Part shown: one piece after another, positions 6,961-16,540 of the stretch
Numbering within the stretch: the stretch's first letter is position 1
Layout: the number at the start of each line of letters is the position of its first letter
DNA from: a virus
Direction: 5' to 3' (one strand)
Virus record (IMG/VR): IMGVR_UViG_3300038701_001263
Length of the DNA: 34,734 nt
The notes under the pieces: generated by a model
What the model was told of the DNA's origin: nothing
Seen by the model: the letters and a program-made list of their open reading frames with translations, nothing else
Database searches by the model: none
Made by a program: the position numbers and the translations under genes

Positions 6961-8347
6961 CTGGCAATCCTACCTCGCCAAACTCCGCGACGACCCGGCG
7001 TTATTTGTCACGCAGGTCATCGGCGCGACGCCGCAAAAATGGCAAAAACAAGCGCTCGAAAACCTCCGCGACAACGACCGCGTCGCCGTCAAATCCGGCC
7101 ACGGCGTTGGCAAAACGGCTTTCCTGTCTTGGGCCATTCTGTGGTTTCTCTCGACCCGCTACCCCGTCAAAGTCGCCGTCACCGCGAACACCGCGAGCCA
7201 ATTGAATGATGTCCTGTGGTCCGAAATCCGCAAATGGCACGGGCGCATGAACGACGCCTTCGCCAGCCAGCTCGACATCAAATCCGACAAAATCACGCTA
7301 ATCGGCGGCGAGGACAGCTTTGCCGTGGCTCGAACCGCCCGCCGCGACCAGCCCGAAGCGCTCGCGGGTTTCCACGCCGACAATATGCTGTTTGTCGTGG
7401 ATGAGGCCTCTGGCGTGCCGGAAATCATTTTTGAGACGGCACAGGGCGCGCTGTCCACCGAAGGCGCAAAGATCATCATGGTCGGCAACCCGACCCGCGC
7501 GCAGGGCTATTTCTTCGACGCGTTCAACAAAAACGCCGACCGCTGGGCCAAGCAAACCGTAAGCTCTGAAGACGCCGATTACGTCCAAGACGCCTTCATC
7601 GCGGACATGGCCTCACAATACGGCGACGAGAGCAACGCCTACCGTGTTCGCGTATTAGGAGAATTCCCAACCGGCGACAGCGACAGCCTGATCCCGCGTC
7701 ACCTTGTCGAAGCGGCGCGCGACCGCGACGTCGAACCGACGCTCGGCATCAAGACGGTTTGGGGTCTCGACGTGGCGCGCTTTGGGTCAGACCGAACAGC
7801 ACTGGCAAAACGGCGCGGCAACGAATTGGTCGAGCCGGTCAAGTCGTGGCAGGACTTGGACACGATGCAAACGGTCGGCATGGTCATCCAAGAATATGAC
7901 GCCACGCCTTACAGCGACCGCCCCGCCGAGATCCTGATCGACGTGATCGGGCTGGGCGCTGGCGTGGTCGACCGCTTGCGCGAAATCGACCTCGGCCCGC
8001 AAGTCCGCGGAGTTAACGTCTCAGAAAGTCCCGCAATGGCCAGTAAGTACGCCAAACTGCGCGATGAATTGTGGGGTAAAGCGCGCGCTTTTTTCGAGGA
8101 ACGCGGCTGCACAATCCCCGACGACGAAAAGCTGATCGCCGAGCTGACCGCGCCGACTTTCACGTTTCTCAGCACCGGCAAGATGAAGGTCGAAGGCAAA
8201 GACGAGATGAAACGCCGGGGGCTGAAATCGCCCGACCTGGCCGACGCGTTCGTGTTGACCTTTGCCGGCCAAGCCGCCCGTGCCGGGTCTGCGGCTGGGT
8301 ATCGCTACGCCAAAACGATTGGATATGATGATAGCTGGATCGTCTGA
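6953..8347 (+). CDS. terL: Terminase large subunit
   Basis: Walker A KSGHGVGKTA, Walker B LFVVDEASG, GNP coupling motif, and an RNaseH-like nuclease half (GLDVARFGSDRT .. DLADAF). ATG 6953 overlaps the methyltransferase stop. Confidence 0.9.
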   Translation: MSDWQSYLAKLRDDPALFVTQVIGATPQKWQKQALENLRDNDRVAVKSGHGVGKTAFLSWAILWFLSTRYPVKVAVTANTASQLNDVLWSEIRKWHGRMNDAFASQLDIKSDKITLIGGEDSFAVARTARRDQPEALAGFHADNMLFVVDEASGVPEIIFETAQGALSTEGAKIIMVGNPTRAQGYFFDAFNKNADRWAKQTVSSEDADYVQDAFIADMASQYGDESNAYRVRVLGEFPTGDSDSLIPRHLVEAARDRDVEPTLGIKTVWGLDVARFGSDRTALAKRRGNELVEPVKSWQDLDTMQTVGMVIQEYDATPYSDRPAEILIDVIGLGAGVVDRLREIDLGPQVRGVNVSESPAMASKYAKLRDELWGKARAFFEERGCTIPDDEKLIAELTAPTFTFLSTGKMKVEGKDEMKRRGLKSPDLADAFVLTFAGQAARAGSAAGYRYAKTIGYDDSWIV

Positions 8348-8603
8348 CCTGCCCGCCTGGGCGCGCATTGACTACAAATTCTATTTCGTCGGCGAGAACG
8401 GCGACCGGGCTTGCGTGGGTGACAGCGGCGCAGCGGAAATGCTCAACCGCGACCAGCTCAAAGAACGCGCCCTGTTGTGCCGCGACAAGCTCGCCGAGCG
8501 TTTCAAGCAGAAATTCCGCACCATGCGCCCCGACGAGGTTGACCAGTACATCGCAGATCAGAAGGCCGCTGGTTTGGCAAAGCCCGCGCAAAATGTTAAA
8601 TAA
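8325..8603 (+). CDS. Hypothetical protein, 92 aa
   Basis: ATGATG at 8325 overlaps the terL 3' end. No recognisable domain. Confidence 0.5.
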   Translation: MMIAGSSDLPAWARIDYKFYFVGENGDRACVGDSGAAEMLNRDQLKERALLCRDKLAERFKQKFRTMRPDEVDQYIADQKAAGLAKPAQNVK

Positions 8604-8635
8604 CTGATCACAAATCAGTAAAGCGGGTGAATACC

Positions 8636-8743
8636 ATGCCGAGCCACTACGCCAACAAGGCCAAAAAGACCGGATCCAAAAAGATGCCACGCCAGCGCAA
8701 GACGCCGGGCGTCAACATGAAAAAGGGCAAATACTGCAAGTGA
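8636..8743 (+). CDS. Very basic micro-protein, 35 aa (tentative)
   Basis: MPSHYANKAKKTGSKKMPRQRKTPGVNMKKGKYCK. Lies in the otherwise ORF-free 267-bp gap before the portal gene. Weak RBS. Confidence 0.25.
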   Translation: MPSHYANKAKKTGSKKMPRQRKTPGVNMKKGKYCK

Positions 8744-8763
8744 ACCGACAGGTCATTTTTCAC

Positions 8764-8874
8764 ATGCCGAAGCGCGAGCCGCGCCTGATCCGCAAAAAAG
8801 CGGAGCCTGAGCCGGTCGCCGAAAAGCCAAAGCGCAAGCGCGGCAGACCCCGCAAAACGGAACAAACGAAATGA
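8764..8874 (+). CDS. Basic micro-protein with AT-hook-like KRKRGRPRK core, 36 aa (tentative)
   Basis: MPKREPRLIRKKAEPEPVAEKPKRKRGRPRKTEQTK. Its TGA overlaps the portal ATG (ATGA at 8871-8874). Confidence 0.35.
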   Translation: MPKREPRLIRKKAEPEPVAEKPKRKRGRPRKTEQTK

Positions 8875-10868
8875 TGGACAACAGCGAAATCCGCGCGCGT
8901 CTCAGCGCCGAAATTGACGCGGCTGTGGGTTACGCTGACAGCCAGCTCTCCGAGGATCGCATCGAAGCGACCGAATACTACCTGGGCAAGCAGTTCAACA
9001 CCGTTCCAGAAGGCAAAAGCTCGATTGTCGCGACCGAAGTTGCAGACGTGATTGAGTACATGATGCCGAGTCTGATGGAGGTGTTCATGCGCTCCGGTGA
9101 GGTGGTCCGGTTCCTGCCCCGGCATCCCGAGGATCAGCCCAAAGCCGAGGCCGCGACCATGTTGGTCAACAGCATTTTCCAAAGCCAGAATAACGGCTTT
9201 ACGATCCTGCACGACTTCATCAAGGACGCGCTGCTTTACAAATGCGGCGTGCTGAAGTGCTACTTCGACACCGACGTCAGCTACACGACCGAGCAATATC
9301 AAGGCTTGACCGAATTCGACGTGGCGTCTCTGACGGCTGACGACGACGTCGAAATGTTGCAATCAACCAGCGTTGACGTGACCGCGCCAGGCGAGGAACC
9401 GATTTTCGAATCCTTCGACGTATCGCTGCGCCGCGCCAAGCGGACAAGCCGGATCAAGATTGACAACATTGCGCCCGAAGATTTTTTGTTTTCGCCGCAA
9501 GCCACAAGCATCGAAGACGCCAGCTTTGTCGCGCACCGCACCTACATGACCGTGGGCGAGCTGATCGCGCAGGGCTATGACCGCGAGGAAGTCGAAGCGC
9601 GTGTCGGCTTGGGTGAAGGCTGGGACGAGCAAGAAACACAAGTCCGCCACGAGGACGTAGACGGCGGCAACGACCAAAACTACGCCATGCGCCAAAACGA
9701 ACTGGTGCGCGTGGTTGAGGGATACATGCCGCTCGACATGCACGACACCGGCATTTCGACGCTGCACCGCGTGCTGGCGATTGGGCAAGATAACTACGTT
9801 CTCGACGTCGAGCCTGTCGACCGCGCGCCATTCGTCTGCGCCAGCCCGATCCGCGTTCCGCATCGCTTGGTCGGCCGCAGCGTCGCGGAAATGGTAACGG
9901 ATATTCAGCGCATCAAATCCACGGCCCTGCGCGGCGTGCTGGATAACCTGTATTTGACCAACGACCAGCGCACCGCCGTTGTTGAAGGCCGCGTAAACCT
10001 TGACGACATGCTGCAATCTCGCCCCGGCGGGATCGTCCGCATGGACGCGCCTGGCATGGTGGAACCTCTGCCGGTTCCGCAAGTCGGCGCGCAAGGCATG
10101 TCAATCTTGAACTACATGGACGAGGTTCGCGACACCCGCACCGGCTTCAGCAAGGCGTCATTGGGCCTCGATCCCGACGCGCTGCAATCCACGACCGCCG
10201 CCGCCGTGAACGCCACCATTCAAGGCGGTCAGGCTAAGGTCTTGATGATCGCGCGCACCTTGGCCGAAACCGGCATGCGCCCGCTTGCACAGCTTTTGCT
10301 CGCCTTGGCAATCAAGCACCTTGACCAGCCCCAAAGCATCCGCGTCGGCGGTGATATGTTCCAGCAAATCGACCCGTCGCTGATCGACGCTGAGTTTGAC
10401 GTTGATATTGATGTGGGCCTTGGGTCAGGCCGCGACGCCGAGCGCAGCATGGCACTGCAACAGATCGCACAGATCCAGCGCGATATTCTGCAGCAGCTTG
10501 GGCTAAACAACCCGGTCGTTTCGGTTGAGCAATACCTTGAAAGCGTCAAGCGCGTCGCCAGCCTCGCGGGCATCAAAGACGTTGATACGATGTTTGCAAC
10601 GCCCGAACAGATCGCGGCATATCGCGACGCCGAGGCGCAGCAGCCGCAGCAGGAAGACCCCGAGATCATGCAAAAGCGCATGGAATTCGACGCCGATCTG
10701 CAGCTTCGCCGAGAAAAGCAACAGGCAGACATCGCGCTCGAACGCGAAAAACTGGAAGCCGAGCTTGCGCTTAAACAGCAGGAAATGGCCGTCGAACTTG
10801 AGCTGCGCCGCGCCAAACTGGCGATGGGTGACACGGGCGTTTCGACCAACATTCCTGGGGCGGTATGA
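8871..10868 (+). CDS. Portal protein
   Basis: 665 aa, located after the terminase. N-terminal block ATEYYLGK..EGKSSIVATEVADVIEYMMPSLMEVF is typical of portals. Charged coiled C-terminus. Confidence 0.85.
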   Translation: MMDNSEIRARLSAEIDAAVGYADSQLSEDRIEATEYYLGKQFNTVPEGKSSIVATEVADVIEYMMPSLMEVFMRSGEVVRFLPRHPEDQPKAEAATMLVNSIFQSQNNGFTILHDFIKDALLYKCGVLKCYFDTDVSYTTEQYQGLTEFDVASLTADDDVEMLQSTSVDVTAPGEEPIFESFDVSLRRAKRTSRIKIDNIAPEDFLFSPQATSIEDASFVAHRTYMTVGELIAQGYDREEVEARVGLGEGWDEQETQVRHEDVDGGNDQNYAMRQNELVRVVEGYMPLDMHDTGISTLHRVLAIGQDNYVLDVEPVDRAPFVCASPIRVPHRLVGRSVAEMVTDIQRIKSTALRGVLDNLYLTNDQRTAVVEGRVNLDDMLQSRPGGIVRMDAPGMVEPLPVPQVGAQGMSILNYMDEVRDTRTGFSKASLGLDPDALQSTTAAAVNATIQGGQAKVLMIARTLAETGMRPLAQLLLALAIKHLDQPQSIRVGGDMFQQIDPSLIDAEFDVDIDVGLGSGRDAERSMALQQIAQIQRDILQQLGLNNPVVSVEQYLESVKRVASLAGIKDVDTMFATPEQIAAYRDAEAQQPQQEDPEIMQKRMEFDADLQLRREKQQADIALEREKLEAELALKQQEMAVELELRRAKLAMGDTGVSTNIPGAV

Positions 10869-11095
10869 CCGAGGCCGAATTTGTTGCCGGAGCGCAGCAA
10901 TTAATCAACAGCCCGTTTTGGGCCGAGCTGGAAAAGCAGATGCGGGCCAAGGCGCTCGCTCGCTTTGAGGCCAGCGCCGAAGACGACGACCAAACGCGCC
11001 GCGAGGCACATGCGCAGATCACAGCAATCAAATCCATCCGACGCGAATGCGAAAACCGTATTTCTAAATTTGAGCATGATCGAAAGGCGATCTAA
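10865..11095 (+). CDS. Hypothetical head-module protein, 76 aa
   Basis: ATGA-coupled to the portal gene and TAATG-coupled to the scaffold gene. Confidence 0.6.
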   Translation: MTEAEFVAGAQQLINSPFWAELEKQMRAKALARFEASAEDDDQTRREAHAQITAIKSIRRECENRISKFEHDRKAI

Positions 11096-12129
11096 TGTCA
11101 GACCAAACACCCTTGAGCATCACCGAGGCGCTGGACTTAATTCGGTCGGCCACGCCTGATGCGCCAGAGACGGACCCAGCACCGACACAACCAAGCCCGG
11201 AAGCAGAGGCAGTCGAACCGCAGGAAGTGGCGGCAGATGAGTCAGCGGAGGCTGACGCGCCGGATGAAGTCGCTTCGGACGCTGGCGAAGAAATTGAGGC
11301 TGAAGCCGAGGAAGCCGAAACCGAAGCCGAGCCAGACGCCGAACCCGAAATGATCGAAATTCCCCAAACGCTGCGCCAGAATGAGGCGGGCGAATGGGAG
11401 ATGATGGTCAAGGTGGACGGTCAGGAACATTATGTGAGTCTTGACGAAATCCGCGAAAACCATCAAAAGAAAGAAGCAGCCGACCGCCGTTTTCAGGAAG
11501 CCTCCACCAAGGCCAAGGAAAACCGCGAGAAACAGGCTCAGATAAATGCGCAGTTGCAAGCCTACCAAGACAACTTGATGGCGATGCAACAGGAACTCCA
11601 CGCCGTCCAAGCCGCTAGTCAGCTCACACCAGAGCAAGAGGCACAGCTCGCCGACGCAGACCCCAAGGCGCTACTTCAGATCAAAGAGTTGCAAAAAGCC
11701 CGCGAGGAAAAAATCGCTGAGCTTCAGCAGCAGCAAATGGCCGCTCGCCAGCAAGAGGTTCAATTCCAGGCCCAGCGCGCGATGGAGCTTTTGCCCGAAT
11801 GGTCTGACCCCGAGACCCTAAACCGCGAACGCGAAGGTATCGTCCAGACGGCCTTGCACGCTGGTTTTACTCAAGACGAGATTATGAACGACATCACCGA
11901 CGCCCGGCTTTTGCCCGTGTTTTTGAACGCATGGAAATACGAGCAGATGCAGAAAGGCCAAAGCCAAGCCAAGGCCAAGCGCGTCCATCCGAAAAAAGTC
12001 GTTCGCAAAAAAGCCCCGGTTGCAGCCGAGCCGACAAAGCAAAAGCGACAGCGCGAAGCCATGTCGAAGCTTAGCAAGACCGGAAAATTAGACGACGCTC
12101 TGGACGTGCTGCTTAGCCGCCGGGGCTAA
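11095..12129 (+). CDS. Scaffolding protein (putative)
   Basis: Lies between portal and capsid. Acidic low-complexity N-terminus (EAEAEEAETEAEPDAEPE), Q/A/E-rich coiled-coil body, basic C-terminus. Confidence 0.7.
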   Translation: MSDQTPLSITEALDLIRSATPDAPETDPAPTQPSPEAEAVEPQEVAADESAEADAPDEVASDAGEEIEAEAEEAETEAEPDAEPEMIEIPQTLRQNEAGEWEMMVKVDGQEHYVSLDEIRENHQKKEAADRRFQEASTKAKENREKQAQINAQLQAYQDNLMAMQQELHAVQAASQLTPEQEAQLADADPKALLQIKELQKAREEKIAELQQQQMAARQQEVQFQAQRAMELLPEWSDPETLNREREGIVQTALHAGFTQDEIMNDITDARLLPVFLNAWKYEQMQKGQSQAKAKRVHPKKVVRKKAPVAAEPTKQKRQREAMSKLSKTGKLDDALDVLLSRRG

Positions 12130-12147
12130 AGCAAAGGACCACGAGCA

Positions 12148-13152
12148 ATGGCTCAGTTTACCACTTCGACCGCTATCGGTCAGCGCGAAGACCTTTCCGA
12201 CGTAATCAGCCGGATTGATCCCGACGAAACCCCAGTGCTGACCGCACTGAAAAAATCCACCAAGAACGCCATTCTTTTTGATTGGCAGGTTCAGGAATTG
12301 GCTGCTGCTGCCGCTAACGCGCAAGGCGAAGGCGACACGATCAACAGCTACAACCACACGCCAACCACCCGTCTGCAGAACCAGCACCAGATCGCTTACA
12401 AGGCGTTCAGCGTGTCTGACTCGATGGACGCGGTTGACACCGCTGGTCGCCAGCGTGAGTCCGCTTATCAAGCGCTTCTCAAAGGTATTGAGCTGCGTCG
12501 CGATATTGAATTCACCCTGACCAACGATCAGGCAAAGTCGACCTCTGGCAACCGTAAAGCCGGCACTCTGTCCAGCTTTATCGCCAACACGTCTCTGGGC
12601 GCTTCCCCAGGCAAAACCGGCACCTTCGCTGCGGACGGTTCCGACCTGCCCGTTGACGACGCTGCGACCGATGCAAACAGCGACGGCGTGGCTGATGATT
12701 ACGGCACGCCTCGCGACCTGTCCGTCGCACTGATCGAGGACATGATGCAGGCCGCTTACCAGGACGGCGGCAATCCGTCTCTTATGGTCATGGCACCGTT
12801 CCAGAAGCGTCAGTTTTCTGAAGCGACCATCACCTCTGGCGGCACCAGCACCGTGACCAATCAGGTCAACATGACGGCAACCAAAGCGGCTGCGGCTGTG
12901 GGTTCCGTTTCGGTTTACCTGTCCGACTTTGGCCAGCTCGAAACGGTGGTTGATCGCTTCATGCCGGCCGAGCGCGTTTACCTGCTTGATCCAGAGTATG
13001 CCGAATACACGACCCTACCGGGCCGTAACTTCGTCAAGCAAGACCTGGCGAAAGAAGGCGACAGCACTCGCGGCTACGTCCTGTCTGAGTTCTCGCTCGC
13101 AGTGACCGCGCCAAAGGCGCACGCGGCGATTTACGCTCTGACGACTTCCTAA
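12148..13152 (+). CDS. Major capsid protein, HK97 fold (DUF5309/SU10-like family)
   Basis: N-terminus ..IGQREDLSDVISRIDPDETPVLTALKK..FDWQVQEL matches that capsid family as I recall it. Position after the scaffold gene. Confidence 0.85.
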   Translation: MAQFTTSTAIGQREDLSDVISRIDPDETPVLTALKKSTKNAILFDWQVQELAAAAANAQGEGDTINSYNHTPTTRLQNQHQIAYKAFSVSDSMDAVDTAGRQRESAYQALLKGIELRRDIEFTLTNDQAKSTSGNRKAGTLSSFIANTSLGASPGKTGTFAADGSDLPVDDAATDANSDGVADDYGTPRDLSVALIEDMMQAAYQDGGNPSLMVMAPFQKRQFSEATITSGGTSTVTNQVNMTATKAAAAVGSVSVYLSDFGQLETVVDRFMPAERVYLLDPEYAEYTTLPGRNFVKQDLAKEGDSTRGYVLSEFSLAVTAPKAHAAIYALTTS

Positions 13153-13167
13153 ACCGAAGTAATGATC

Positions 13168-13192
13168 GGGGCGGCTTTTGGGTCGCCCCTTT
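13168..13192 (+). terminator. Weak terminator-like hairpin after the capsid gene
   Basis: GGGGCG / CGCCCC stem, 10-nt loop, then a short TTT. Confidence 0.35.
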
Positions 13193-13210
13193 CGCAACGA
13201 GGGGCAGGAC

Positions 13211-13531
13211 ATGACGACTAAAACGCTAAGCGAAACTACCGACAAAAAGACGGTAGCGCAGTTTGACGAAAAAGGTTTCGTTACCGACATTTTTTCGGTC
13301 CACAAGGCCGACAAGCTGCTGCAGGCCAACCGGGACAAGCGAAACGCCGAACAGCAATCAATGATCGGCAACACGCAGCGTCATATGAAGCACGTCGCGG
13401 ACATCCCGCAGGCGCTTTATTGGGATCTGGTGAAAAAGCACGGCACGCCGCGCGACAACCCGCGTTTCTGGAAACAATGGCTGAACGATTACGACAATCG
13501 GTTTTTCCGAACGAGTGAGGGCGCGGTTTGA
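13211..13531 (+). CDS. Hypothetical head/neck protein, 106 aa
   Basis: ATG 13211 follows GAGGGG. The stop overlaps the next ATG (TGATG). Confidence 0.6.
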   Translation: MTTKTLSETTDKKTVAQFDEKGFVTDIFSVHKADKLLQANRDKRNAEQQSMIGNTQRHMKHVADIPQALYWDLVKKHGTPRDNPRFWKQWLNDYDNRFFRTSEGAV

Positions 13532-14160
13532 TGGATAACTACACCGAGCTTAAAGCCTTCATCGCTGACTTTTTGGCCCGAGACGATCTGACGACGCAGA
13601 TCCCGACTTTTGTCAGCCTTGCGGAGCAACGCATGAGCCGCGAGCTTCAAATCGCTTTGTTGGAAGCCACTGCGCAAATCGCTGTTTCGGCCAATGCCTC
13701 AACTGCTGACCTGCCGACAGACCTCCGCAGCATCCGCGAGGTGGCGATGATAGACGCAGACAACGACCGCACGGTTTTGGAGTACGTCACGCCGAGCCAG
13801 TGGAACACGCGCGACCAAGACGCCAACCAGACAAAGACCGAGTTCTACACGATTGTCGCCAATCAAATAAAACTCATGGCAACGCCCAGCGCGGCGATCA
13901 CTTTGGAGATCACCTACAACGGCGGCGTCGCTGCACTTTCAGACGCAGCGCCGACCAACACCATGCTGACCCGGCACGGCGATGCCTATCTGCATGGGTC
14001 GCTCAAGCAAGCCTTCGACTTCCTGCAAGACGAGCAGCGGTCAATTTATCACGACGCGCAATTCACCCGCTGTCTTGCCGAGATTGACCGCGACAGCGAC
14101 AAGCAGCGTTTTGGCAATGATCTGCAAGTCCGCCGGTCCACACCAGCGAGGGCTTACTGA
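13531..14160 (+). CDS. Head-tail adaptor / tail tubular A-like protein (by synteny)
   Basis: 209 aa. Its position matches podovirus adaptors. N-terminal LKAFIADFLARDDLTTQIPTFVSLAEQRMSREL block. Confidence 0.4.
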   Translation: MDNYTELKAFIADFLARDDLTTQIPTFVSLAEQRMSRELQIALLEATAQIAVSANASTADLPTDLRSIREVAMIDADNDRTVLEYVTPSQWNTRDQDANQTKTEFYTIVANQIKLMATPSAAITLEITYNGGVAALSDAAPTNTMLTRHGDAYLHGSLKQAFDFLQDEQRSIYHDAQFTRCLAEIDRDSDKQRFGNDLQVRRSTPARAY

Positions 14161-14162
14161 CC

Positions 14163-15752
14163 ATGCCGTTTGATTTTGGCCCGTGGCTTCCCGATCAGCC
14201 TTCGCTAAACAATCCTGGCGTTCAAGTTTTGCTGAATGGCTTCCCGGCCGCGCGTGGGTTCTCTGCGGTGCCAGATGCAACAGCAACGACCTCGCCGCAG
14301 CAAGTCGTGGGCAACCCAGCGGCAGAAACGCCGATCCCGGAGATCGTTGGCGTTTACTCGACGCTTGAAGTTGCCGCCAGCAGCATAGACGTGCGCACGT
14401 ACATCGGCACGTCGACCCGGCTGCTGAAATACGACACGCTGCAAAATAAGTTTTCTCAGTTTACGACCAGCGACCCGACCTACACGTCGATCCCGCGTTG
14501 GCAGTTTGTCGAATTCGCCACCACGGGCGGCACGCGTCATATCTACGCCGCCGGCGGCACGTCTGTCGCTCTGCAGCGTTTCAACAGCGATGGCACAACC
14601 GCCCCGGCGGCAGTCTCAGGCGCGCCAAACCCGACGCACCTTTGCGTTGTCGGCCGGTTTGTTGTCTGCGCAAACACGGCAAACAGCCAAGCCGAAGTCC
14701 GATGGTCCGCCATTGATGATGGTGGCAGTTGGTCCATTGGGACGAACCAGTCAGACAGCCAGATCATCGGCGATGCCACGGAGATCACCGGATTGGCCGG
14801 GGGCGAGACGGGCACAATTTTGACCCGCGAGGGCGTGCATCGGATGTCCTACGTCGGCGCGCCTTTGGTCTTCACTTTTGATAAGGTCAGCAACCAAGGC
14901 TGCGACTTCCCTGGCAGCGTGGCGTCACGATCTGCCGACGAGGTCTACTTCCTATCCGAAGACGGCTTCCAGCGTTATGCTGGCGGCACCGTGCAAAACA
15001 TCGGCGCGCAGCGCGTCAACGATTTCTTTTTCCGCGACTTCAACCGCGAGCGCGCCTCTGAAATTGCTTGCGTCATTGACCCGGTGCGCAGTCTGGTGGT
15101 CTGGTCCTACGCGTCGCAATCAAGCGCCAGCGAAAACGACAGCTTGATCGTTTACGATTACGTTCTCGACCGCTGGGGCATGGCCCGCATTGCTCACACG
15201 ACAATCGGCACCTTGCGCCTGCCGGGCCGCAGCTTGGAAAGTCTGGACGAACTGCTTGAGCCTGCCGACATCCGCACGCGCGCGGGCGCAACGATCCTTG
15301 ACCGATCTGGGGCAACCATTTTCCTGCGCGCCGCCGAGGGCATAGACAGCCTGACCGTGTCATTTGACAGCGCGGCTTATCAGGGCGGCGCGTCAATCCT
15401 TGCGCTGTCCCAAACAACGGACGATGGCACGGTTCTTTCTACTCTGTCCGGCAATGCCTTGGATCTGACGATCCAGACCGGCGAGCAGGAAGCCATAGAA
15501 AACCGATACACGCTTGTGCGCGGCGTCTACCCGCACATTGATGGCGCAGGCCCGGTGGTTTCTTGCGCCGTCAGCGGCCGAACACGCCAGGTCGATAGCC
15601 AAATCTTCGGCCCGTTCTCTACGCTCAATGACAGCAACAAAGTGCCGCTGCGAAAATCCGGCCGCTACTTTGCCTTGAAATTTACGGCGTCGGGCAACTG
15701 GACCCAAGCGCACGGCTTCAGCTACGACGCAACGCCGCAGGGTCGCCGATGA
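14163..15752 (+). CDS. Nozzle / tail tubular B-like structural protein (by synteny)
   Basis: 529 aa, beta-rich sequence, follows the adaptor-like gene. Confidence 0.4.
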   Translation: MPFDFGPWLPDQPSLNNPGVQVLLNGFPAARGFSAVPDATATTSPQQVVGNPAAETPIPEIVGVYSTLEVAASSIDVRTYIGTSTRLLKYDTLQNKFSQFTTSDPTYTSIPRWQFVEFATTGGTRHIYAAGGTSVALQRFNSDGTTAPAAVSGAPNPTHLCVVGRFVVCANTANSQAEVRWSAIDDGGSWSIGTNQSDSQIIGDATEITGLAGGETGTILTREGVHRMSYVGAPLVFTFDKVSNQGCDFPGSVASRSADEVYFLSEDGFQRYAGGTVQNIGAQRVNDFFFRDFNRERASEIACVIDPVRSLVVWSYASQSSASENDSLIVYDYVLDRWGMARIAHTTIGTLRLPGRSLESLDELLEPADIRTRAGATILDRSGATIFLRAAEGIDSLTVSFDSAAYQGGASILALSQTTDDGTVLSTLSGNALDLTIQTGEQEAIENRYTLVRGVYPHIDGAGPVVSCAVSGRTRQVDSQIFGPFSTLNDSNKVPLRKSGRYFALKFTASGNWTQAHGFSYDATPQGRR

Positions 15753-16045
15753 CGTTACAGGCCAACAAGCTCCCACCACAAGGCGGTCAGCCGCGCGAGG
15801 TTGCCACGGCCGTCAACCAGGCACTAGACGGCAAATTGGCCTGCGTCCGAACGGCGGCAATCTCTGCAAGCCAAACCAGCCTGACAGTTACCGACAGCCA
15901 AGTATCTGAAAACTCTGCCGTCTTGATTGTCCAGAATTCTTCTGACGCGGCCAATGCCACCGTCACGATCAGCGACGGCCAGTTTGTCGTTTCTTTTTCT
16001 CCCGCAGCAAGCGCCGGCACGCTGACCTATGTTGTCTTGGGTTAG
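15749..16045 (+). CDS. Small structural-module protein, 98 aa
   Basis: ATGA-coupled. Ser/Thr/Ala/Val-rich, beta-type composition. Confidence 0.6.
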   Translation: MTLQANKLPPQGGQPREVATAVNQALDGKLACVRTAAISASQTSLTVTDSQVSENSAVLIVQNSSDAANATVTISDGQFVVSFSPAASAGTLTYVVLG

Positions 16046-16066
16046 CCGCTCGGCTTCCGAGGTGCC

Positions 16067-16540
16067 ATGTCTAGGAAAAACCCAAAAACGCCGCGTTCGC
16101 GCTCTCGCCGCCGAGCTGAACAATTTGAAATCATGCCAATCAGGCCCGATCTGGTGCCCGCAGTGTGGGAACACGTCGCGCCGCACCTAAGCGCCGCCGT
16201 CGATCAAAGCGAGGGCTTGCTAAGCCTTGAAGACGTTGCCGAGGCCGCACTTACCGGCGAAATGTTGCTGTGGCTTGTATCTCAGCCGAAAATCGGTAAA
16301 ATCACCGCAGCGTTCACAACACGCTTCATTGCCTACCCCGCGAAAAGCGCTCTCGCCGTCGACCTAGTCGGTGGCTCGGAGCTAAGTCGCTGGCACAGGA
16401 TGGCGCTCTCCAAAATCACAGAATATGCACGGTCAATCGGCTGCGACCACCTTGAGGGGTATGGGCGCGCTGCTTGGGGTCGGATCCTCAAAAACGATGG
16501 TTGGCGGACTGCATATCAAGCCTTTTATCGAGACCTCTAA
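16067..16540 (+). CDS. Hypothetical protein with possible GNAT-like fold
   Basis: The C-terminal half (ALAVDLVGG..WHRMALSKITEYARSIGCDHLEGYGRAAWGRILKNDGWR) resembles the acetyltransferase beta4-alpha3-beta5-alpha4 layout. Alternative start at ATG 16133. Confidence 0.3.
   Translation: MSRKNPKTPRSRSRRRAEQFEIMPIRPDLVPAVWEHVAPHLSAAVDQSEGLLSLEDVAEAALTGEMLLWLVSQPKIGKITAAFTTRFIAYPAKSALAVDLVGGSELSRWHRMALSKITEYARSIGCDHLEGYGRAAWGRILKNDGWRTAYQAFYRDL

Noticed and set aside
13528-13530. TTG start for the adaptor-like gene as given by the ORF track (also TTG 6941 for terL, TTG 32318 for the resolvase-like gene, TTG 5001 and TTG 4059).
   Set aside because: In each case an in-frame ATG a few codons downstream has better RBS spacing or forms a stop-start overlap with the upstream gene. 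The ATG starts were therefore preferred, and the true starts remain unverified.
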